A stretch of DNA of 64,000 nucleotides from Auanema rhodensis (lineage: Eukaryota; Animalia; Nematoda). A program made the position numbers and the translations under genes. The notes beneath the pieces were generated by a model. That model did no database searches. It was not told where the DNA came from and was given only the letters and a program-made list of their open reading frames with translations. Of the stretch, positions 44,398-53,900 are shown piece after piece; positions within the stretch are counted from its first letter, which is position 1, and the number at the start of each line of letters is the position of its first letter. The stretch spans positions 744,001 through 808,000 of the forward strand of contig CAXKVF010000075.1 of the NCBI GenBank assembly GCA_964057225.1, written 5' to 3'.

Positions 44398-47062
44398 TCC
44401 CCGTCCTACAAAAAATTCTCGTCCTCGAGAAGTAAAATCTCTTCATTAAAGGAAAAACTTTCACAGATACTATTTCCAATTGGTCAGGAATTTTGTATAG
44501 TAAGTCTGTTTGAACTTTTAAAGGTTTTTTGTTTTCCTCTAGTTCATTAATAAATGCAGAAGTGTTATATTCTGATATCACTCTGTACGGTCCTCGAAAA
44601 TCGAAAGCTTGTTTCTTATTCGGATCACCTCTTTTTTCAAAAGGTATTTTAATGAAAACTCGATCACTTATTTTTGGTGAATCGGATTTTTTCTCACTCT
44701 TTTTATCATAGTATGATTTAAACCTTTTTTTGGTTTTATCATTCCTATTTTTATTTTCTATTGAAACAATAGGAAGAGCCATAGCACTATTGCTAGGTCC
44801 ATTCATTCTCTTGTTTAGAAGATTTTTGAAAACCTTCTTAAATCCGTTCCTGACTCTAATAGGAACAGGTCGAACTTTCTGTCTGATTGGTTTTGTGACC
44901 ATATCAGTATGTGTTAGGTCGGCTTCATTTAGAGCAACCTGCACATTATTTTTAACTAACCCCAAATTAGGAGCTTTAAACTTTTGACTCTCAAAAGTTC
45001 GTTTATCCAATCGGTAAGAGTCCTGATGCTGTATTTCGCATTCGTGTTCAGGTTTTTCTCTCAAACTGATCTTTTTTATCGCTGGATTTGGCTCTATTGT
45101 TTCAAAACCAGATCTCCAGTGACCTATAAATTCTCCTGCCTTAATTATCACAGGGTTGTCCGTGTTATTATGTAAATTCACGGTTGATATATTATCTTTG
45201 ATGGGATATATTCCCGAAACTGCAACAGCAGTAAGAGCGTTAAAAAACATTTCTCTTTTTATTGAAATCGCGTCACAAGAAACTAACACTTGATTTTGCG
45301 AAAAAGGAGGTAAATACACTCTTTTTAAAGTCATTGCTTGAGTTTTATTGAACTTCAAGCATATGTCTAAAGAATTCAAACAATTTGTACCCAATATCAT
45401 TTGATTTTCTTTGTTTTTGCTGACTAAAAAGTCAACAATTGCCTCTTTGTGGTTTTCATCACACAAAACAGACATTCGCACGGCGCCAACAAAATGCATT
45501 TGATCACCTGATGCGTTAACTATGAACTTTTTATTAGTCCATGGTAATTCCACTATTCTTTCATCTGCGTTGATTTTTTTTTGTTTCAACGAATCGATTA
45601 CTCGAACTAGCAATGATGAACTGATGACCGAAATTTGCGATCCAGTATCTAGTAATGCATCATGCATATGGACTTGACATAAAGTCATTCTCCCTAATGC
45701 TGGTTTACCAAACAATGGGGGGTTTCTCAAATCACTTGAAGTGATTTGGATTGCTCGATTCCAACTCTCAGCTTTTCTGTTAATGCTGGGTGGTTCTCGA
45801 GGAGTATTAAGTCTACTTTCATTCTCTATTCTCTCATTTTGTCTTTTAAAACATACGTTTGCAGTATGTCCTTTTTTATTACAGTTCACACAAATAATTT
45901 CATTATTATTAGTGTTTCTCACTCTTCTCTCATCGGAGATATGTGGATAATGTTTCCGGCTCAAGTTTTGTTTCTGCTCGGATTCATTGGATTGATTGAT
46001 TGAACGAGTTAACTTATTTCGTTCACATCTGAGGGCGATTTGTTTTACTTTTTCGTAAATTTCTTCGTCCTCCTCATCCTCTATTTTTTCAAGGATGGAA
46101 ACTCCACAAGAACAATTACAAAGTTCTTGGTACAGTTTATTTGCTCTTTCGAACGATAATAAACCAGGAATTAAATCTGGATTAGCCAGTTGAGTCAGTT
46201 TTTCTAACTCATCGCAGTAATTTACTAACGACTGGGATCTATTCCATTTCAAACTTTTCAAGTTTTCAGTAGCCTGCATTCTTCCCTGTCTTTGTGAAAC
46301 GGTTGACTCTCTACGTAAACTGTTCACTATGACATCTAAGGAACTTTGCTTTATGGCTTCAGGTAACTCTCTATAGCGATTTCTGATCTCGCCTTGGAGT
46401 TTATTGATGAATAAAAGTTTTTTTTCACGTTGAGAAAAAACATCATCTGGGTATTTATAGTTAAATCGTTCTGTGAAATCAACGAATTCACTATACGATC
46501 CACCCTTATAAGCCTCAACCTCAGGTAGTAACTGGGTTTTCATGAGTTTTGCAATATCGTAAAAGGACTTACCCTGATAACTGCACTCCTGGCTGTAAAG
46601 TTCGTTCTTTCTTGCTGAGCTTTTCAGCTGTAAAGAAGAAAAGGATTTATTCAGTTTAGAATTTACTAACGAACCTTTTTCACTATCTGTAATTGACAGA
46701 TTCATAAATTTTTCATCGGTTACTTGTTCAACCTGTAAAAAATCATGTTTAACATTATGATTAATCAAATTTTCAATTTTAATCAAAACATTATCATTGT
46801 TAGAATCACAGATGTTGTGGATCTGATTTAACAAATCAATCTCTTTTTGAAAACTTTTTATTTCAGAACTAGAGATTTTTAAATTCTTAGCTATTTTAGC
46901 TAGATTTTTCTCGGCTTCGACTCTTGGTCTACAACCGGTTTTAGTATGATTTAAAATCAAACTTTGAGCAAAAGATAAAATGTTATCTATATTACTCTCA
47001 AATTTATCAAAATTAAAAGGTAGTCTTACCTCGTTCATTTCGATATCCAGTTCCTCACTCAT
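44345..47062 (-). CDS. 905-aa Gag-protease polyprotein with internally deleted pol (RT N-terminal stub fused to integrase C-terminal GPY/F region)
   Basis: CCHC zinc knuckle CVNCNKKGHTANVC (45851-45892); protease ALLDTGSQIS (DTG at 45641-45649); RT-start-like PIRQKVRPVP...PSNSAMALPIV (~44750-44890); integrase tail KSYYDKK...DRVFIK...FRGPYRV (GPY at 44585-44593). No YxDD, RNase H, HHCC or DD35E motif. Confidence 0.92.
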   Translation of the reverse strand: MSEELDIEMNEVRLPFNFDKFESNIDNILSFAQSLILNHTKTGCRPRVEAEKNLAKIAKNLKISSSEIKSFQKEIDLLNQIHNICDSNNDNVLIKIENLINHNVKHDFLQVEQVTDEKFMNLSITDSEKGSLVNSKLNKSFSSLQLKSSARKNELYSQECSYQGKSFYDIAKLMKTQLLPEVEAYKGGSYSEFVDFTERFNYKYPDDVFSQREKKLLFINKLQGEIRNRYRELPEAIKQSSLDVIVNSLRRESTVSQRQGRMQATENLKSLKWNRSQSLVNYCDELEKLTQLANPDLIPGLLSFERANKLYQELCNCSCGVSILEKIEDEEDEEIYEKVKQIALRCERNKLTRSINQSNESEQKQNLSRKHYPHISDERRVRNTNNNEIICVNCNKKGHTANVCFKRQNERIENESRLNTPREPPSINRKAESWNRAIQITSSDLRNPPLFGKPALGRMTLCQVHMHDALLDTGSQISVISSSLLVRVIDSLKQKKINADERIVELPWTNKKFIVNASGDQMHFVGAVRMSVLCDENHKEAIVDFLVSKNKENQMILGTNCLNSLDICLKFNKTQAMTLKRVYLPPFSQNQVLVSCDAISIKREMFFNALTAVAVSGIYPIKDNISTVNLHNNTDNPVIIKAGEFIGHWRSGFETIEPNPAIKKISLREKPEHECEIQHQDSYRLDKRTFESQKFKAPNLGLVKNNVQVALNEADLTHTDMVTKPIRQKVRPVPIRVRNGFKKVFKNLLNKRMNGPSNSAMALPIVSIENKNRNDKTKKRFKSYYDKKSEKKSDSPKISDRVFIKIPFEKRGDPNKKQAFDFRGPYRVISEYNTSAFINELEENKKPLKVQTDLLYKIPDQLEIVSVKVFPLMKRFYFSRTRIFCRTGMSQLAIVTHLCFMCYIT
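44398..44407 (-). promoter_or_regulatory. Polypurine tract (plus-strand primer)
   Basis: Minus strand AGGACGGGGA abuts the TGT start of the 3' LTR and has a T6 tract 3 nt upstream. Confidence 0.75.
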
Positions 47063-47093
47063 GATGGAGATATAGGCAATGACTGTTTGTCAA

Positions 47094-47100
47094 CTGGAAA
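47094..47100 (-). promoter_or_regulatory. Putative nematode-type 3' splice / SL trans-splice acceptor TTTCCAG
   Basis: Minus strand TTTTATTTCCAG ends 31 nt upstream of the gag ATG and follows an AU-rich leader. Confidence 0.4.
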
Positions 47101-47471
47101 TAAAATTATTAGTTTTCTATACGAAAAAATAATTTAAAATATTGTCAAAAAAATTCTATACGAACAATGACAAAAAATTTTGATTTCTTCTCGAAATCAA
47201 AAGTGAAAGTTTCAACTCTCTCAAGTTTCTCCGAAAAAAAATTCTGTTAACACCTAATCAGTGTTTAGCAAAAATTTTTTTTTTTCCTCTTTTTTTTTTT
47301 TTTTCACAAAAAATTTTATGAAAAAAAAAAAAAAAAAAAAATTCAGAAAAATCGGAAAAACCCTATACGGGAGAGTTGTGACTAAATCACCAAGAGCTAT
47401 ACGCTCAAAAATAGGTTAAGAAACTATACGTTTCCCTATTTAACAAAAAATACAATCAATCGAGCAGAGAA

Positions 47472-47486
47472 CCGGTTCGGCCCCCA
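47472..47486 (-). promoter_or_regulatory. Primer-binding site, tRNA-Pro type
   Basis: Minus strand TGGGGGCCGAACCGG directly after the 5' LTR. It is complementary to ...CCGGTTCGGCCC-CCA, the tRNA-Pro 3' end I recall from C. elegans (not database-checked). Confidence 0.85.
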
Positions 47487-47963
47487 AGTCAAAAGACTGT
47501 ATAATAAAAAAGAAAAAAAACAAAGAATAAAAGAATTTATTAGAAATTAGAAAAATAAAAGAGAGACTTAAACTGATTAAAATATATCACAAATATCTTA
47601 TATCAACAATTTTAGGTAAACAATTGATCTTATCACTAATCTTAGATGTGCATGCTTGATAATCTGATTACGGTAGTTGATCTTGGCAACATGCCCAAAG
47701 TTGTAACTTTGTTAGAACTTGTCTAAATGAAATAAGAATGATATATTCGTGCTTGTCGTTGTAAGACGAATTCAACTGTACTATATTCATGTAGTTAACT
47801 ATATGTAGTTAAGTATGTGATTTTATATGATATAGGTTTTATCAATGTTTTACATACTTCTCAAGATAATATAATGTTTAACGTACTCAACAGAGTGTTT
47901 GTGAATAACTTTACGTTATATAGCACATGAAACATAGGTGGGTAACTATAGCCAACTGCGACA
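47487..47963 (-). repeat. 5' LTR (477 bp)
   Basis: Plus strand AGTCAAAAGACTG...GCCAACTGCGACA, matching 43921-44397 with no mismatch seen by eye. The minus strand begins TGTCGCAG and is followed directly by the PBS. The inner boundary is ambiguous by 1 bp. Confidence 0.95.
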
Positions 47964-47967
47964 GTGC
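47964..47967 (+). repeat. Right target-site duplication GTGC (or GTGCA to 47968)
   Basis: Follows the LTR end ...GCGACA and duplicates 43917-43920. Confidence 0.9.
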
Positions 47968-50900
47968 ACTTGGTATGTAACTCGCTTCACGTGAAAGATA
48001 CAGAGATGCGGTTTTCAAAATTAGATTCCCCATGTCCATATTAGTCTAAAAACAAATTTTTATTGATATTGGTGCATGGTAACCATGACTTTGAAATTTA
48101 CGTGAACTTTAATTTATGCTAATTAAATATACACGTGATGTGCACTTGGTATGTAACTCGCTTCACGTGAAAGATAAAGAGATGCGGTTTTCAAAATTAG
48201 ATTCCCCATGTCCATATTAGTCTAAAAACAAATTTTTATTGATATTGGTTCATGGTAACCATGACTTTGAAATTTACGTGAACTTTAATTTATGCTAATT
48301 AAATGTACACGTGATGTGCACTTGGTATGTAACTCGCTTCACGTGAAAGATAAAGAGATGCGGTTTTCAAAATTAGATTCCCCATGTCCATATTAGTCTA
48401 AAAACAAATTTTTATTGATATTGGTGCATGGTAACCATGACTTTGAAATTTACGTGAACTTTAATTTATGCTAATTAAATGTACACGTGATGTGCACTTG
48501 GTATGTAACTCGCTTCACGTGAAAGATAAAGAGATGCGGTTTTCAAAATTAGATTCCCCATGTCCATATTAGTCTAAAAACAAATTTTTATTGATATTGG
48601 TTCATGGTAACCATGACTTTGAAATTTACGTGAACTTTAATTTATGCTAATTAAATGTACACGTGATGTGCACTTGGTGTGTAACTCGCTTCACGTGAAA
48701 GATAAAGAGATGCGGTTTTTAAAATTAGATTCCCCATGTCCATATTAGTCTAAAAACAAATTTTTATTGATATTGCTTCATGGTAACCATGACTTTGAAA
48801 TTTACGTGAACTTTAATTTATGCTAATTAAATGTACACGTGATGTGCACTTGGTATGTAACTCGCTTCACGTGAAAGATAAAGAGATGCGGTTTTCAAAA
48901 TTAGATTCCCCATGTCCATATTAGTCTAACAACAAATTTTTATTGATATTGGTTCATGGTAACCATGACTTTGAAATTTACGTGAACTTTAATTTATGCT
49001 AATTAAATGTACACGTGATGTGCACTTGGTATGTAACTCGCTTCACGTGAAAGATAAAGAGATGCGGTTTTCAAAATTAGATTGCCCATGTCCATATTAG
49101 TCTAAAAACAAATTTTTATTGATATTGGTGCATGGTAACCATGACTTTGAAATTTACGTGAACTTTAATTTATGCTAATTAAATGTACACGTGATGTGCA
49201 CTTGGTATGTAACTCGCTTCACGTGAAAGATAAAGAGATGCGGTTTTCATAATTAGATCCCCCATGTCCATATTAGTCTAAAAACAAATTTTTATTGATA
49301 TTGGTGCATGGTAACCATGACTTTGAAATTTACGTGAACTTTAATTTATGCTAATTAAATGTACACGTGATGTGCACTTGGTATGTAACTCGCTTCACGT
49401 GAAAGATAAAGAGATGCGGTTTTCAAAATTAGATCCCCCATGTCCATATTAGACTAAAAACAAATTTTTATTGATATTGGTGCATGGTAACCATGACTTT
49501 GAAATTTACGTGAACTTTAATTTATGCTAATTAAATGTACACGTGATGTGCACTTGGTATGTAACTCGCTTCACGTGAAAGATAAAGAGATGCGGTTTTC
49601 AAAATTAGATTCCCCATGTCCATATTAGTCTAAAAACAAATTTTTATTGATATTGGTGCATGGTAACCATGACTTTGAAATTTACGTGAACTTTAATTTA
49701 TGCTAATTAAATATACACGTGATGTGCACTTGGTATGTAACTCGCTTCACGTGAAAGATAAAGAGATGCGGTTTTCAAAATTAGATTCCCCATGTCCATA
49801 TTAGTCTAAAAACAAATTTTTATTGATATTGGTGCATGGTAACCATGACTTTGAAATTTACGTGAACTTTAATTTATGCTAATTAAATATACACGTGATG
49901 TGCACTTGGTATGTAACTCGCTTCACGTGAAAGATAAAGAGATGCGGTTTTCAAAATTAGATTCCCCATGTCCATATTAGTCTAAAAACAAATTTTTATT
50001 GATATTGGTTCATGGTAACCATGACTTTGAAATTTACGTGAACTTTAATTTATGCTAATTAAATGTACACGTGATGTGCACTTGGTATGTAACTCGCTTC
50101 ACGTGAAAGATAAAGAGATGCGGTTTTCAAAATTAGATTCCCCATGTCCATATTAGTCTAAAAACAAATTTTTATTGATATTGGTGCATGGTAACCATGA
50201 CTTTGAAATTTACGTGAACTTTAATTTATGCTAATTAAATGTACACGTGATGTGCACTTGGTATGTAACTCGCTTCACGTGAAAGATAAAGAGATGCGGT
50301 TTTCAAAATTAGATTCCCCATGTCCATATTAGTCTAAAAACAAATTTTTATTGATATTGGTTCATGGTAACCATGACTTTGAAATTTACGTGAACTTTAA
50401 TTTATGCTAATTAAATGTACACGTGATGTGCACTTGGTGTGTAACTCGCTTCACGTGAAAGATAAAGAGATGCGGTTTTTAAAATTAGATTCCCCATGTC
50501 CATATTAGTCTAAAAACAAATTTTTATTGATATTGCTTCATGGTAACCATGACTTTGAAATTTACGTGAACTTTAATTTATGCTAATTAAATGTACACGT
50601 GATGTGCACTTGGTATGTAACTCGCTTCACGTGAAAGATAAAGAGATGCGGTTTTCAAAATTAGATTCCCCATGTCCATATTAGTCTAAAAACAAATTTT
50701 TATTGATATTGGTTCATGGTAACCATGACTTTGAAATTTACGTGAACTTTAATTTATGCTAATTAAATGTACACGTGATGTGCACTTGGTATGTAACTCG
50801 CTTCACGTGAAAGATAAAGAGATGCGGTTTTCAAAATTAGATTGCCCATGTCCATATTAGTCTAAAAACAAATTTTTATTGATATTGGTGCATGGTAACC

Positions 50901-53900
50901 ATGACTTTGAAATTTACGTGAACTTTAATTTATGCTAATTAAATGTACACGTGATGTGCACTTGGTATGTAACTCGCTTCACGTGAAAGATAAAGAGATG
51001 CGGTTTTCATAATTAGATCCCCCATGTCCATATTAGTCTAAAAACAAATTTTTATTGATATTGGTGCATGGTAACCATGACTTTGAAATTTACGTGAACT
51101 TTAATTTATGCTAATTAAATGTACACGTGATGTGCACTTGGTATGTAACTCGCTTCACGTGAAAGATAAAGAGATGCGGTTTTCAAAATTAGATCCCCCA
51201 TGTCCATATTAGACTAAAAACAAATTTTTATTGATATTGGTGCATGGTAACCATGACTTTGAAATTTACGTGAACTTTAATTTATGCTAATTAAATGTAC
51301 ACGTGATGTGCACTTGGTATGTAACTCGCTTCACGTGAAAGATAAAGAGATGCGGTTTTCAAAATTAGATTCCCCATGTCCATATTAGTCTAAAAACAAA
51401 TTTTTATTGATATTGGTGCATGGTAACCATGACTTTGAAATTTACGTGAACTTTAATTTATGCTAATTAAATGTACACGTGATGTGCACTTGGTATGTAA
51501 CTCGCTTCACGTGAAAGATAAAGAGATGCGGTTTTCAAAATTAGATTCCCCATGTCCATATTAGTCTAAAAACAAATTTTTATTGATATTGGTGCATGGT
51601 AACCATGACTTTGAAATTTACGTGAACTTTAATTTATGCTAATTAAATGTACACGTGATGTGCACTTGGTATGTAACTCGCTTCACGTGAAAGATAAAGA
51701 GATGCGGTTTTCAAAATTAGATCCCTCATGTCCATATTAGTCTAAAAACAAATTTTTATTGATATTGGTGCATGGTAACCATGACTTTGAAATTTACGTG
51801 AACTTTAATTTATGCTAATTAAATGTACACGTGATGTGCACTTGGTATGTAACTCGCTTCACGTGAAAGATAAAGAGATGCGGTTTTCAAAATTAGATTC
51901 CCCATGTCCATATTAGTCTAAAAACAAATTTTTATTGATATTGGTGCATGGTAACCATGACTTTGAAATTTACGTGAACTTTAATTTATGCTAATTAAAT
52001 GTACACGTGATGTGCATTTGGTATGTAACTCGCTTCACGTGAAAGATAAAGAGATGCGGTTTTCAAAATTAGATTCCCCATGTCCATATTAGTCTAAAAA
52101 CAAATTTTTATTGATATTGGTTCATGGTAACCATGACTTTGAAATTTACGTGAACTTTAATTTATGCTAATTAAATGTACACGTGATGTGCACTTGGTAT
52201 GTAACTCGCTTCACGTGAAAGATAAAGAGATGCGGTTTTCAAAATTAGATTCCCCATGTCCATATTAGTCTAAAAACAAATTTTTATTGATATTGCTTCA
52301 TGGTAACCATGACTTTGAAATTTACGTGAACTTTAATTTATGCTAATTAAATGTACACGTGATGTGCACTTGGTATGTAACTCGCTTCACGTGAAAGATA
52401 AAAAGATGCGGTTTTCAAAATTAGATTCCCCATGTCCATATTAGTCTAAAAACAAATTTTTATTGATATTGGTTCATGGTAACCATGACTTTGAAATTTA
52501 CGTGAACTTTAATTTATGCTAATTAAATGTACACGTGATGTGCACTTGGTATGTAACTCGCTTCACGTGAAAGATAAAGAGATGGGTTTTCAAAATTAGA
52601 TTCCCCATGTCCATATTAGTCTAAAAACAAATTTTTATTGATTTTGGTTCATGGTAACCATGACTTTGAAATTTACGTGAACTTTAATTTATGCTAATTA
52701 AATGTACACGTGATGTGCACTTGGTATGTAACTCGCTTCACGTGAAAGATAAAGAGATGCGGTTTTCAAAATTAGATTCCCCATGTCCATATTAGTCTAA
52801 AAACAAATTTTTATTGATATTGGTTCATGGTAACCATGACTTTGAAATTTACGTGAACTTTAATTTATGCTAATTAAATGTACACGTGATGTGCACTTGG
52901 TATGTAACTCGCTTCACGTGAAAGATAAAGAGATGCGGTTTTCAAAATTAGATTCCACATGTCCATATTAGTCTAAAAACAAATTTTTATTGATATTGGT
53001 GCATGGTAACCATGACTTTGAAATTTACGTGAACTTTAATTTATGCTAATTAAATGTACACGTGATGTGCACTTGGTATGTAACTCGCTTCACGTGAAAG
53101 ATAAAGAGATGCGGTTTTCAAAATTAGATTCCCCATGTCCATATTAGTCTAAAAACAAATTTTTATTGATATTGGTTCATGGTAACCATGACTTTGAAAT
53201 TTACGTGAACTTTAATTTATGCTAATTAAATGTACACGTGATGTGCACTTGGTATGTAACTCGCTTCACGTGAAAGATAAAGAGATGCGGTTTTCAAAAT
53301 TAGATTCCCCATGTCCATATTAGTCTAAAAACAAATTTTTATTGATATTGGTTCATGGTAACCATGACTTTGAAATTTACGTGAACTTTAATTCATGCTA
53401 ATTAAATGTACACGTGATGTGCACTTGGTATGTAACTCGCTTCACGTGAAAGATAAAGAGATGCGGTTTTCACAATTAGATTCCCCATGTCCATATTAGT
53501 CTAAAAACAAATTTTTATTGATATTGGTGCATGGTAACCATGACTTTGAAATTTACGTAAACTTTAATTTATGCTAATTAAATGTACACGTGATGTGCAC
53601 TTGGTATGTAACTCGCTTCACGTGAAAGATAAAGAGATGCGGTTTTCAAAATTAGATTCCCCATGTCCATATTAGTCTAAAAACAAATTTTTATTGATAT
53701 TGCTTCATGGTAACCATGACTTTGAAATTTACTTGAACTTTAATTTATGCTAATTAAATGTACACGTGATGTGCACTTGGTATGTAACTCGCTTCACGTG
53801 AAAGATAAAGAGATGCGGTTTTCAAAATTAGATTCCCCATGTCCATATTAGTCTAAAAACAATTTTTTATTGATATTGGTTCATGGTAACCATGACTTTG

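Larger units (their letters stand above)
43921..47963 (-). mobile_element. Non-autonomous Ty3/gypsy (Metaviridae, Cer1-like) LTR retrotransposon, ~4043 bp
   Basis: Two 477-bp direct repeats, a TSD, a PBS next to the right LTR, a PPT next to the left LTR, and an internal gag-protease ORF on the minus strand with RT-before-IN domain order and a GPY/F motif. Confidence 0.95.

Noticed and set aside
44529-46003. Five short plus-strand ORFs (60-85 aa)
   Set aside because: Antisense shadows of the gag-pol ORF with no recognisable motifs.
44345-47062. Domesticated host gag gene or autonomous retrotransposon
   Set aside because: Apparently identical LTRs, TSD, PBS and PPT show a recent mobile copy rather than a domesticated gene. 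The absence of RT, RNase H and integrase core rules out autonomy.
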